Origin: Paramicrosporidium saccamoebae KSL3
Taxonomy: Eukaryota > Fungi > Cryptomycota
Reading direction: 5' to 3'
Length of the DNA: 27,168 nt
Assembly (NCBI GenBank): GCA_002794465.1
Contig: MTSL01000151.1
Span: 1-27,168, forward strand
A program made the position numbers and the translations under genes. Positions 1 to 9,622 of the stretch are shown one piece after another; positions within the stretch are counted from its first letter, which is position 1, and every line of letters begins with the position of its first letter. The notes beneath the pieces were generated by a model. That model saw only the letters and a program-made list of their open reading frames with translations. It did not search any database and was not told the DNA's origin.

Positions 1-301
1 GGGTCGACAAAGGACGAGGACTTTGGTGGGGCGGGGGGCTCAAAAATCTGCAAATCCTCAATATCACTGCTTCGGAAGACAACCAAGTCGTAGACGTCGT
101 TTGATGGGGCAATTTCGTGGGCAGGACGACGACCCTCCGTTCCCATCATGCGCACTAATAGTCAGCATACACATACTCTCCAGTACCTCGCTCGAGGGAG
201 ATGGTGGCCTCTTTCGGGTCCACTCTTGCCAAGACACCCTCGTATCGGATTAGGGACCGCGAGGTAAGACTAATTTTGGCTCCAATATATGGGACAGACA
301 T
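1..301 (-). CDS. LSM14: LSM14/Scd6 family mRNA-decapping/P-body protein, 5' part (runs off the window edge)
   Basis: ATG at 301. Exon 301-187, 32-nt intron 186-155 (GTACTG...GCTGAC...TAG), exon 154-1. Spliced product MSVPYIGAKISLTSRSLIRYEGVLARVDPKEATISLERVRMMGTEGRRPAHEIAPSNDVYDLVVFRSSDIEDLQI matches the Lsm14 N-terminal Sm-like domain (YIGxKISL.S...IRYEG.L...V..FGTEGR...VY..IVFRGSDI.DL). Confidence 0.93.
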
Positions 302-380
302 TCTGGACACTGTTAACTTTTGCAAGCTCCCTTTGTCCGGCCGGGGCTGTTGGGTTCCCTTGTAGCGGCGTTCTGGCGCA

Positions 381-1557
381 ATGGCTAGTGTCAATATTCT
401 CTCGGTATCACGCAATGCGCATTTGGCCATCATCTCCATTGGGGTAGCATGATTTCGACGATTAAATGGGCAGGAGGAAGAGTTCAAGATGCTCTTGCAG
501 TGTAAAGATGGAAGGGGGTTAGTCGAGGCCGACCTTTACTGCACACCAAACGCCAATGCATTACTAGATGCCTCTCGAGACGCTTTGCTTTCTGTATTTC
601 CTGATTTGGAAATGGTGATTGTCTAGAGGATGGCGGGAGGCGATGACATTCAAGATGGTATTGACATGATTGTTGATCAACTAGTAACCATGCTGTATAG
701 TCAGTTCTGACTCGAATAGATGTCTGCCCTGTCCAAGAGGCCCAAGCCTGGTGGAAATGCTCCCGACACTTCTGATCTAATTCCAGCCCTTAACCTGATC
801 GGATGGAACAGAATCAGACTGGTTTCTCATGATCAGAAATCGGTCGATTTCAGAGCGGATGTAAGCGGCTGCCAAATTGTTATTCGGTTGGAACGCAGAC
901 GGAACGGCTTTGTAGTGCATTCAGCTGACATGCCATATTTGTGCTTTGAGGCTGCTGATTCGGATTCCTGGGTAGCAATGGTGGAGCTAGTGCAGCGAGT
1001 ACCATCCGAGTGCAATTTCATAATATTTTTATAGAAGATTTGCAAAATAGAAGAATGTTGTGCTCTGATGCGAGAGCTAAAGACCAAATATCCAGCATCT
1101 CCTGATGGGGATCAGTTATTGACAGCAAGAATTATATTGGCACGGGGCTGTTTTGTTGAGGTGTCAGTAGATGCCGAAAAATCGAGAGTAAATTGCAATG
1201 TCCTGTCAAGTTCATGCAAAAAGGTGACAGAACAAGTTGATCTGCTTCTCAAAGACTGGAGACAATCAGCCTTAGATGGCCAGCTATCTAATGGATTCGA
1301 TATGCTCTGGCGATACTTTACGACGCCATCTTCTTGTGAATGCTCCATTTGTGCCGAGATTTGGCTACACGGGACCCCTGCAACTGTCCTTTGTGACTGT
1401 GGAGCAATGTACCATGAAGAATGCTGTCGATCTTGGCTCGAGTCTGATCCTTTGTGCAAAAGATTTTTTGGGACGATCCATGGTAGCTGTCCCACCTGCG
1501 ATAAGGTAAACTGAATGCAAGTTTTGATCTTTGTAGGAGTTGATTCTTCATCCCTAG
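381..1557 (+). CDS. FANCL: FANCL-like E3 ubiquitin ligase (RWD-like domains plus C-terminal RING), about 336 aa
   Basis: Exons 381-443, 474-593, 627-683, 720-998, 1035-1505, 1537-1557; introns of 30, 33, 36, 36 and 31 nt keep the frame. LNLIGWNRIRLV resembles FANCL IGTLGWDKLVY. The RING CSICAEIW...CDCGAMYHEECCRSWLES...KRFFGTIHGSCPTCDKELIL resembles FANCL CGICY...C...FH..CL..WL...RQSFNIIFGECPYCSKPI. The first two exons are less certain. Confidence 0.85.
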
Positions 1558-1717
1558 TATATAACGTGAATGCACGGACGTGTGGATGTGAAATTAACAC
1601 TTGATCTCCGACTTGCTTAGCATTGGAGCCCTACTGCAGTCTGTTATCCTAGCATAATCGATCCTCTTAGTTCAATCAAGCAGATATCCTCACAGAAAAT
1701 ATCCCAGTTCAATCGAT

Positions 1718-1755
1718 CCTCCTCTCCTCTCCTCTCCTCTCCCCTCTCCTCCCCC
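1718..1755 (+). repeat. (CCTCT)n pyrimidine-rich simple repeat upstream of the proteasome gene
   Basis: Seen directly: cctcctctcctctcctctcctctcccctctcctccccc. Confidence 0.85.
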
Positions 1756-1799
1756 GGTATAATAGTTTAATTGTAAGGAAAATATATTTGGTCTTTGAA

Positions 1800-2540
1800 A
1801 TGAGCTACGACCGAGCACTAACCATCTTTTCGCCTGACGGCCACTTGTTCCAGGTGGAATATGCCATGGAAGCGGTCAATAAGGGTACCACGGCGGTGGG
1901 AATTGTGGGCGAATCGGTGGTGGTGTTGGGAGTGGAGAAGAAATCGGTGCCGAAACTACAAGACCCGCGCACAGTCAAGAAGGTGTGCATGGTGGACGAA
2001 CATCTCTGTCTGGCGTTTGCAGGATTGACGGCGGATGCGCGTATCCTGGTGAATAAGGCGCGGACAGAATGTCAGTCGCATCGGATGAGCATTGAGGATC
2101 CCGCCAGCGTCGAATACGTGGCGCGATACATCGCGGGAGTGCAACAAAAGTACACGCAGAAGGGAGGAGTGCGTCCATTTGGAGTATGCACCCTGCTCAT
2201 TGGTTATACGAACGGTAAGCCGCAACTATTCCTGACGGAACCGTCGGGGATCCATTCAGAATGGCGTGCCTGTGCCATTGGAAAGGGCAGTAAGACGGTG
2301 AGAGAGTTTTTGGAGAAACATCACGAAAAGAATATGGCGATGGAGGAGGTGGTCAAGTTGACAGTAAAGGCGCTGCTGGAGGTTGTGCAGTCGGGGGCCT
2401 CGTCAATGGATATTGCCGTCATGGATGCCAGCAATAAGGTGCGACAGCTGGATACTACCGAGATCCAGGCCGTTATGGATGTTATTGAAAAAGAAAGGGC
2501 TGCCGAGACGGAGCGTCGTCGCACCGGAATGACGGCATAA
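1800..2540 (+). CDS. PSMA7: 20S proteasome subunit alpha type 7 (alpha4), 246 aa, intronless
   Basis: MSYDRALTIFSPDGHLFQVEYAMEAVNKG alpha-subunit signature; KYTQKGGVRPFG and KTVREFLEK are typical of alpha4/Pre6. First ATG is at 1800 (the ORF track starts at a TTG). Confidence 0.96.
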   Translation: MSYDRALTIFSPDGHLFQVEYAMEAVNKGTTAVGIVGESVVVLGVEKKSVPKLQDPRTVKKVCMVDEHLCLAFAGLTADARILVNKARTECQSHRMSIEDPASVEYVARYIAGVQQKYTQKGGVRPFGVCTLLIGYTNGKPQLFLTEPSGIHSEWRACAIGKGSKTVREFLEKHHEKNMAMEEVVKLTVKALLEVVQSGASSMDIAVMDASNKVRQLDTTEIQAVMDVIEKERAAETERRRTGMTA

Positions 2541-2606
2541 TTTGAGAGTAATTGTATGAATGAACTGTCATATTTACCTGGGTGGTTACATATAGTGCCA
2601 GTGGAG

Positions 2607-3794
2607 ATGGATGGGGGTGAAGGGAAAAGGCCAACTTCCATATCCTTTGGGTTGGCTCAGACGTCGCGACGACCCGGTGTTCGAGCCCCGTCCAGTGCAG
2701 TAGAGACAAAAAATCCCTTGGAAACGAACAAGGACCTGGACGAGCCAAGACCCGTCTCTCCCCGAGTCATCCCACACATAGACCGGAACCAATATGCTGT
2801 AGAGTTGGCTCCAAAGGCTACGTCAAAAGTGGAAGCACAAACAGAAGCTCGTAATTCCGCAAAATTAGAGACGGAAGCTTATAGTCCTACAAAATTTGGA
2901 TTGCAAATACGCAAGAAGCCTGCCATTCCCGCTGCTTCTTCCCCCATGCTTGCGCATAATGCCATTCCGGGTCTCGCTGTCCTTCCCGACTCACAACGGC
3001 TACAACATGATCTGGCACATCGACCTGCAGATCCCTCGGCGTCCACTTATAGCGAAATGCCTGTCGGCGAGTTTGGAGCGGCTTTGTTGCGCGGAATGGG
3101 CTGGCGCGGTGGAGCGCTGGGGAGGAATGGGGGTGGACTGATTCGGCCAGTAGAAGTTAAATTGCGGCCCAAAGGACTGGGATTAGGAGCCGATCCCAAC
3201 GTCATTGGGCGGACAGCATCGTCAAAGTCAACACTGACGCCGTCACCATCACTGAACAAACTGTCGGTGGGCACAAAAGTGTCCATTGTGGGCGGCGAAC
3301 ATTCCGGTCTGGCGGGCTTTGTTCTTGAAATCCGTGCCATTTCTATCAGAGTAAAGTTGATAGCCAGTGGAGAAGTGGTTTCGGTGGATCGGTCCGAAGT
3401 GTCTTTGATAGAACAGACGGCATCAGCAGAGACGGAACGACCTCAAACGGGGCCGAGTTGGCTGTATCCACACATTCGGATACGATTTATTGCAAAGTCC
3501 CTGCCCGCCCTATATCAGACGATGGGGGACGTTTTAGACATTTCCGTGGACGATACGGACGTGATCCGGGCGGTGGTACGACTATCAGATGGACGACTCG
3601 TGTCGGATGTGTTCCAAGAGCAAGTTGAGCCTGTCAAACCGACAATCGGAAGGACGGCTGTTATTATCAGTGGACCGCAGAGGGGCGCAAAAGGTACTCT
3701 TCTCTCCATTGAAAAGGCCATGGGTCATCTTCAACTCGAAGATTCTTTTGAGATTGCAAATGTTCCCATCCAACAATTGTGTGAATACATATAG
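2607..3794 (+). CDS. GPKOW: G-patch and KOW domain splicing factor (GPKOW/Spp2/MOS2 family)
   Basis: N-terminal ISFGL; YSEMPVGEFGAALLRGMGWRGG...RPKGLGLGA G-patch; KOW motifs (VGTKVSIVGGEHSGLAG and IGRTAVIISGPQRGAKG); SWLYPHIRIRFI. An alternative in-frame ATG lies at 2556. Confidence 0.9.
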   Translation: MDGGEGKRPTSISFGLAQTSRRPGVRAPSSAVETKNPLETNKDLDEPRPVSPRVIPHIDRNQYAVELAPKATSKVEAQTEARNSAKLETEAYSPTKFGLQIRKKPAIPAASSPMLAHNAIPGLAVLPDSQRLQHDLAHRPADPSASTYSEMPVGEFGAALLRGMGWRGGALGRNGGGLIRPVEVKLRPKGLGLGADPNVIGRTASSKSTLTPSPSLNKLSVGTKVSIVGGEHSGLAGFVLEIRAISIRVKLIASGEVVSVDRSEVSLIEQTASAETERPQTGPSWLYPHIRIRFIAKSLPALYQTMGDVLDISVDDTDVIRAVVRLSDGRLVSDVFQEQVEPVKPTIGRTAVIISGPQRGAKGTLLSIEKAMGHLQLEDSFEIANVPIQQLCEYI

Positions 3795-3851
3795 CATTTT
3801 TATACAGGGCTTTGATATTTGGACATGACCCATCGTTATATTATGTTGATA

Positions 3852-4084
3852 TATAGATGTGACGTAGAGGACTGATTAGTTGGGTCTTTGAGGATAATTC
3901 TCTAGTTTGGAGAAGACATTTGTGTGGTAATGTAGATCGCTTTACTGGGTATTTTCGGACTATTACTATGCCACTTGGGAGACGATAAAAGGGCCGTTGG
4001 ATCAACAGCGAGCGAGTTCTCATCTTGTCTCTTCCCACCTGACAAAGTCCGTGGTATTATCCCCACTACGCGACATAGATATAT
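3852..4084 (+). repeat. Dispersed non-coding repeat family 1, copy A (paralog of 6384-6582)
   Basis: Manual alignment: 3852-3896 vs 6384-6430, and 4027-4084 vs 6528-6582 (about 43/56 identical, including shared CCCACTACGC). The middle is more diverged. Confidence 0.75.
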
Positions 4085-4197
4085 CCTCTCGTTATCATAT
4101 ACTGATATCCGGATACACACTATCGCTATAGTATACTAATGTCTGGATACTTGTCAAGATTAAACAATTATACATACAACATCTCTCCCATATAGCA

Positions 4198-4281
4198 GGC
4201 AAGATGGTCGAGTGGTCTAAGACGTTAGATTCAGGTTCTAATCTCAGAAATGGGGCAAGGGTTCGAATCCCTTTCTTGTCA
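4198..4281 (+). tRNA. tRNA-Leu (anticodon CAG), intronless
   Basis: Acceptor stem GGCAAGA/TCTTGTC plus discriminator A; D-arm TGGTCGAGTGGTCTAAGAC; anticodon arm TTAGA-TTCAGGT-TCTAA; long variable arm; T-loop GGTTCGAATCC; T5 Pol III terminator at 4285-4289. Confidence 0.97.
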
Positions 4282-4448
4282 ATATTTTTGCATCGTCGAA
4301 TAAATACATTATTGTTTTGGTGCTCGTGATAAATCTGATTGTATCAGTCGTTTACTGACGGAGGGTTACACCTAGAAACTGTCATATATACTGTGCACAT
4401 ACATATTGATCAACTTATGACCTATCCGTCCTATCATACCGGGGTAGG

Positions 4449-6260
4449 ATGACGGCGACAAGGATGAAGAGAAAGGTGGCAGTCATCGAATACCAAGCTG
4501 CTGGAAGGGATGCTCTGAAGGGAAAGGCCGAAGGAGATGCACTGGAGAAATTCCTGGGAATGATGGACGATCCGGACTACTGGCGCACGGTGCCGGGAGC
4601 CCAGGGAGCCGATATAAAGTTGACGGGCGAAGAGGTGGAAATTATCCGTCGCATCCAGCTCAACGAATATGCCGACACCAACTACGACCCATATGAGCCG
4701 TACGTTGACTTTTTCACAGGGACTGTCATGCAGACGCCTCTCAACAGTGCACCTGAGCCGAAACGACGCTTCATCCCCTCCAAGTGGGAGGCCCTTAAGG
4801 TGGCCAAGATTGTGCGTGGTATCCGCAAGGGATTCATTAAACTTGCTGAAGAGGAGGAACAGAAGGAGCAGATATACGATATCTGGAGTGGGGAGCTGGA
4901 TGCATCTATCCTGGCAGTCAAGTCACGTCATATTTCAGCCCCGAAGATGGCCCTGCCAGACCACCGCGAATCATATAATCCTCCAGCTGAATATTTGCTG
5001 ACGGCAGAGGAGACGGCAGCCTGGGAGGCACAGGAAGCAGAGGATCGGGACCGCAACTATCTCCCGCAGAAATATGGAGCGCTGCGTCATGTACCGGGTT
5101 ATGGTCGATTTGTGAATGAGCGGTTTGGACGTTGTTTGGATCTGTTCCTATGTCCACGTGCAATGAAGGACAAGATTAAAATGCATCCGGACGACTTGTT
5201 GCCAGTGTTACCTGATCCACGCGAACTGCGGCCCTTCCCTACCAGCAAGTCTATTGACTTTGTGGGACATGTGGACCGAATTGGCAGCATTTCAGTGGAT
5301 CCGTCGGGCCAGTGGCTATTGTCGACATCCACGAATGAGGTCCGTCTGTGGGAGGTACAGACAGGACACTGTCGCTTCACCTGGAACGACTGGGAAGAGG
5401 TGCATGCAGTACAATGGAACCCGAATAAGGCGCTGACCATGTTCGCCGTTGCGGCAGGCACGGCGGTGCATCTTATTGTGCCGTGTTCGTTGCCAACCAC
5501 CGACGCCACATTGGCGGCCATTGAGCAGCTCCAGTCCCAACCACAACCGGACACGGAAGCCAAACTAAAATGGAAATCATGCGACCCGTTCCAAAACCGG
5601 GGCATTATTGAGACTATTGAACATCCTGGAACCGTCACAGACCTCCATTGGCATCGTCGTGGAGACTATTTCGTGGCAATGGCACCGACGGCCCCCTCGG
5701 GAGCGCAGATGATTAGTGTGCATCAGTTGTCGCGTCGGACAGGTCAACATCCGTTCAAGAAGATGCCCGGAATCCTACGCAGTGTGCGATTCCACCCAAC
5801 CCGACCACATTTGGTGTTAGCGACGCAAAAGAGCGTGCGCATTTACGACTTGGCTAAACGAGAACAGGTGCGACGACTGTTGTGCAGTGTGCAGTCAGTG
5901 TCGTCATTGGCGTTGCATGGCGAAGGTGACAATATCATCATTGGAAGCCACGACGCCAAGCTGTGTTGGTTCGACTTGGACTATTCAGTACGGCCATATC
6001 GCGTACTAACAAACCATGTGGGGGCCATCCGCAGTGTCGCCTTCCATCCCGCCTATCCATTGTTTGCCTCTTGTGGCGATGATGGCGCAGTGCAGATCAT
6101 ACACGGCCAAGTGTTTAGCGATCTGTCTGCAAATCCGCGTATTGTCCCTGTCAAGACGCTACGTGACTTTGTTGGATCCGTAAGTCAAATTGTCTTCCAT
6201 CCCATCCAACCGTGGATTATTTGTGCCACCAACACTGGTTCCCTCTCCCTCTTTGTCTAG
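4449..6260 (+). CDS. BOP1: Ribosome biogenesis WD40 protein BOP1/Erb1 (PeBoW complex), 603 aa
   Basis: FLGMMDDPDYWRTV, PEPKRRFIPSKWEALKV, ISAPKMALPDHRESYNPPAEYL, FVNERFGRCLDLFLCPR, LPDPRELRPFPT, then a C-terminal WD40 propeller (HWHRRGDYF, FHPAYPLFASCGDDG, FHPIQPW). Confidence 0.96.
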   Translation: MTATRMKRKVAVIEYQAAGRDALKGKAEGDALEKFLGMMDDPDYWRTVPGAQGADIKLTGEEVEIIRRIQLNEYADTNYDPYEPYVDFFTGTVMQTPLNSAPEPKRRFIPSKWEALKVAKIVRGIRKGFIKLAEEEEQKEQIYDIWSGELDASILAVKSRHISAPKMALPDHRESYNPPAEYLLTAEETAAWEAQEAEDRDRNYLPQKYGALRHVPGYGRFVNERFGRCLDLFLCPRAMKDKIKMHPDDLLPVLPDPRELRPFPTSKSIDFVGHVDRIGSISVDPSGQWLLSTSTNEVRLWEVQTGHCRFTWNDWEEVHAVQWNPNKALTMFAVAAGTAVHLIVPCSLPTTDATLAAIEQLQSQPQPDTEAKLKWKSCDPFQNRGIIETIEHPGTVTDLHWHRRGDYFVAMAPTAPSGAQMISVHQLSRRTGQHPFKKMPGILRSVRFHPTRPHLVLATQKSVRIYDLAKREQVRRLLCSVQSVSSLALHGEGDNIIIGSHDAKLCWFDLDYSVRPYRVLTNHVGAIRSVAFHPAYPLFASCGDDGAVQIIHGQVFSDLSANPRIVPVKTLRDFVGSVSQIVFHPIQPWIICATNTGSLSLFV

Positions 6261-6383
6261 TCTGTGCGTGTGTGTGGTATAATTTCAATAGAATAAAGTG
6301 TGATTGTGACTTTTAGTCGTTTGTGGGGGGAGGTTATGAACTGACAATTATTGACGGTCTGATATGATTGTAGATCTCTAGTC

Positions 6384-6582
6384 TATGGATGTGCGATAGA
6401 ATGGATTGATTAGCTGAGTATCCGAGGACAGTGGTACTTGTATCCTTATGATTTTAGGATTAGAAGTAAACAGGCTTTCTTTTAGCCTCTCCGGGTCTCT
6501 CACCTCTTTGGGTCTCTCGCCTCTTCGGTCTCTTCTCGCCTGATAACGTTTGTGGCACCTTCCCACTACGCTACATATATAT
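6384..6582 (+). repeat. Dispersed non-coding repeat family 1, copy B (same orientation as 3852-4084)
   Basis: Manual alignment to copy A. Also contains an internal triplication of a GGTCTCT(C)...CCTCTT unit at about 6494-6540. Confidence 0.75.
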
Positions 6583-6708
6583 CATCTCACAGGTGTTACA
6601 ATGTTATAAAATAAATTACTTTTAAAAAATACAAATCTACTGCAATCCCACAAAACTCATAACCTCAGCTCTACTGTTCTAGTGTAATGGATTCTAGCCA
6701 GTCAGAGA

Positions 6709-7653
6709 TTAAGCTACAGAATAGTCTAATACATGGATAGAAGCGCGACTTGTTCGCGTGTCGCTTTGGTCACCCGAATACACCAACACAGGTCGAGTGG
6801 GATTCCACGCCAACGTGTTAACCGGCATTGTTGTGGGAATACGTCCGGCAGCCGTCCCGGTGGCTGTCCAGGCTACATCGATGAACGAATCTTCTGATGC
6901 CGATGCCACTACTAGACCGTCTCCACTGAAGCCTACTGTGCGTACCGGCCAGTCCAATCGTGCCAAAGTGCGTTCGCAGCATAACGTCTTTGCATCCCAT
7001 ACACTGACCAAGGCGTCTGCTGCACCCACCACAAAACGTCGTCGTGTCTGTTCAAAAGCGATGCAGTAGCAATTTGCCGTGTGGGCTCTTACTGTCTGTC
7101 TCGACTCTAGCGTTGCTACATCCACCAATTCCAGTTCACCTGTGCCCTTGGCAACGAGAATGGAATCATTGTCTATCCAACCGGTCTCGTTAATTTCTTG
7201 TGCAAAGGAGCGTCGTCGTTCTACCGTCATTGTCCGTACATTTATCACACTAAGACTGTCGTCCTTTCCGCCCACTGCAATCCGTCCGCCATCTGGACTC
7301 CAACTGACGGTAATATTCTCAGCCTCAGTCGTCACGCTTCCCACACATACCATGGTGGTGGTATCCCACAGTTTCACCGTCTTGTCCGTTGACACACTCG
7401 CCACTATGTCTGACGTTGGACTCCATGCTACTTGATCAATTCCTGAGGAATGACCCCGCAGTTCCCCGCTTTCCTTACTGCCCGCACAAAGCCGCTCTGT
7501 CGGCCAAATTCGGATGGTGCTGTCTGTTGACCCCGACGCCAACTTTGTGCCGCTCAAATTCCACGCCAGACTGTGTATCTTGGAACGGTGTCCTGATATC
7601 TCCTTGCTCTTGCAATTACTTAGTCTGCTTTTCCACGGAAAGGATGTAGTCAT
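6709..7653 (-). CDS. THOC3: THO complex subunit 3 / Tex1 (WD40), 314 aa
   Basis: GHRSKIHSLAWNLSGTKLASGSTDST; AHTANCYCIAF...GAADALVSVWD...CERTLARLDWPVRTVGFSGDGLVVASASEDSFIDVA matches the THOC3 C-terminal blades (RLDWPVRTLSFSHDG...ASASEDHFIDIA). Confidence 0.93.
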   Translation of the reverse strand: MTTSFPWKSRLSNCKSKEISGHRSKIHSLAWNLSGTKLASGSTDSTIRIWPTERLCAGSKESGELRGHSSGIDQVAWSPTSDIVASVSTDKTVKLWDTTTMVCVGSVTTEAENITVSWSPDGGRIAVGGKDDSLSVINVRTMTVERRRSFAQEINETGWIDNDSILVAKGTGELELVDVATLESRQTVRAHTANCYCIAFEQTRRRFVVGAADALVSVWDAKTLCCERTLARLDWPVRTVGFSGDGLVVASASEDSFIDVAWTATGTAAGRIPTTMPVNTLAWNPTRPVLVYSGDQSDTRTSRASIHVLDYSVA

Positions 7654-7820
7654 GCCGTTAAACTAAATATTTTTCAGCATTAATGTTTCTTATCGCCCTT
7701 GAATTTGATCCCAAAATAACTGCAGTTGCTCACCCGCTGCCACCTGCTAACATCTCTCCTTCCCAACTATGCTCTACTAGAGGAAAAGCTTTAATATGAC
7801 AATATGTTATCGTACATGCG

Positions 7821-8907
7821 TTATTGGTTGCCTACTCGGATTTGTTCCATCATAAAACTCATTATCCGCGCATTCGTGCCCAACGCTTCGTCTAGCTCCT
7901 CACCGCTCACCGTTTCTTGCGGATCAAAGTATACCACACATTCTGGACAGGAAAACAGTCCCCAGAGCCAATCTACACAGGGCTGCAGATCCGTCCATAG
8001 GTATTCGCTGCATTGTCGGATTAGCACCTCGTCTTGTAGGCGAATGTACAGGGCACTGGCCGCCAGGACCGAGTAGCTGTGCAGAAGCATAATGGGCGTG
8101 TGGATGGCCAGATCGATCAGCTGCAGACTGGAGGCACGCAGAGATTCGATCATTTCTGAACAGAGATGGTTCTGTAAAAGGTCCAAGTAGAGGTTTAGCC
8201 AAAAATAGACAGTCGGAAAGCTTAGCTTCCATTGCAGCGCCATCAATACATCCAATTCAGTCTCAAAAATGGCACTAGAAGAACACGACCCATCGCACAC
8301 TACGGCGAAATCCTTCAGCTTGGGCGGATAAATCTCCTCCAACTTGGAGGCAATAAACAGACACGCCACTCCAATAAGCTGCAGACTCCCCCGTGCCACT
8401 CCCCAATGCAGCGACAAGAACCGATCCAAATAATGCACCGCCAGGTAAAAGGTCTCCCGATGCAACCGGAAATGCAGCGACACTTCAATCAGCCAATTCA
8501 CCAGCTTGCACCGCATGGTTGGCAGAATATCGCGGTTGTTCTGGAACAGCGCTATGCTTGGCAGGAAATCATGCTCGGTTGCTCGATATTGGCGCTGCAT
8601 CGCTCGTACCAGGCGTGCATCATCAAAGTACTAAACTGGTTAAACCCCTCCGATTGCTACATTCCTATTTAGGACGAGCGTCTTTTGTGTGGCCGCCGCC
8701 ATTGCCAAACCGTCAAGCTCCTCCACCGACACACTCAATCTGCGCTTCTCCACTCCAAATTTCCCGCCAACCTCCATCATCTACCGGTAAGTCATTCAGA
8801 CCGTCTACTGGATGGACCCGCTTTATGGGCGATGCGGGGAGATGCTTCTCCCCGTCCACCTCCTCCACACCAACACTGGAGAGATGGTGGAAGGGAGTAC
8901 GCAGCAT
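7821..8907 (-). CDS. Cyclin, closest to the cyclin E family, about 342 aa
   Basis: Exons 8907-8809, 8780-8661, 8630-7821; introns of 28 and 30 nt. Cyclin box [34 protein letters not shown]...[35 protein letters not shown], where [18 protein letters not shown] and DGxC are cyclin E-like. The first exon is supported only by frame arithmetic. Confidence 0.88.
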
Positions 8908-8981
8908 GACGGCCACACCCCGCCAATCGCTTAACTTTTAAATCTTTTATTTTGTGCATTTCAGTGCTATTTTTGGACATT

Positions 8982-9622
8982 TCATGCGAGGTCATCGGTG
9001 AGGAAGGAATCTGACAGTTGCACCTGTTCGCCCTGCTTAAAGGCCGGCATTCCACGGTACGGGCAACCGGCACATCGGAACGCATCTCCCAGATAGCACT
9101 AAAAGTTAGTCTAATCCATTTGTGTACGCTTCCGCAAGATGACTTTTCGATGGGCTCATTCTGTCCCTCTTGCTCCGCCAGTCCACAGGTGCAGTCTTTA
9201 CAGGCACGCTTCTTAATCGTATCGCCGCATGCAGCGACGGGTGCAGGGCGGACCTTGTCCTCTTCCCTCAGCAGCTCGTCCTCGTCAACAAAATCCGCCT
9301 TTGCGTTGCTCCTCAAGGGAACTGATGCACCTCTGGTTGCAGAGCCACTATTCCTTTGGCATATGAGTGTCTCTTTTCCGTTTTCTAGTTTTTGCACTTT
9401 GGGTTTGGTGAAGCCCGCAAGAAGGCAGTCTAAAAATCCGTCCGGTTTCAAAGCGCAGTGCAGGGTTAGCGTTCCGTTCTCTTCCAAAACCAAGGCTAGC
9501 TTTTTCAGTTCGTCCCTCGATGGCACCTCTGTTATCGTCCATTCAATACCGTCATATTTTCCTGTATCTGTAGCAATTTTGGAGCGGCTCTCCTCGTCTA
9601 TTATGGTCAGTAACCTTGTCAT
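8982..9622 (-). CDS. DRE2: Anamorsin/Dre2 cytosolic Fe-S assembly factor, about 203 aa
   Basis: Exons 9622-9128 and 9098-8982; 29-nt intron with ACTAAC branch point. Splicing restores both Cys motifs: CX8CX2CXC ([15 protein letters not shown]) and CX2CX7CX2C ([24 protein letters not shown]). Confidence 0.95.

Noticed and set aside
3940-3965. Possible relationship between repeat family 1 and family 2 (acccagtaaagcgatctac vs acccagatagcaatcccac)
   Set aside because: The match is short and the flanks do not align convincingly by eye; it needs a formal search.
4198-4281. Possible CUG codon reassignment via tRNA(CAG)
   Set aside because: The discriminator base is A as expected for tRNA-Leu, and CTG occupies conserved Leu positions (for example Dre2 CYLGDAFRC and PSMA7 CLAFAGL).
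6378-6566. 62-aa minus-strand ORF (MGRCHKRY...) as Bud20/ZNF593, or GGGAAGGT as the RNase P RNA CR-I motif
   Set aside because: The ORF starts at GTG, lacks the zinc finger and is not conserved in frame with the paralogous copy at 3852-4084. No complementary CR-V/P4 partner was found for an RNase P fold.
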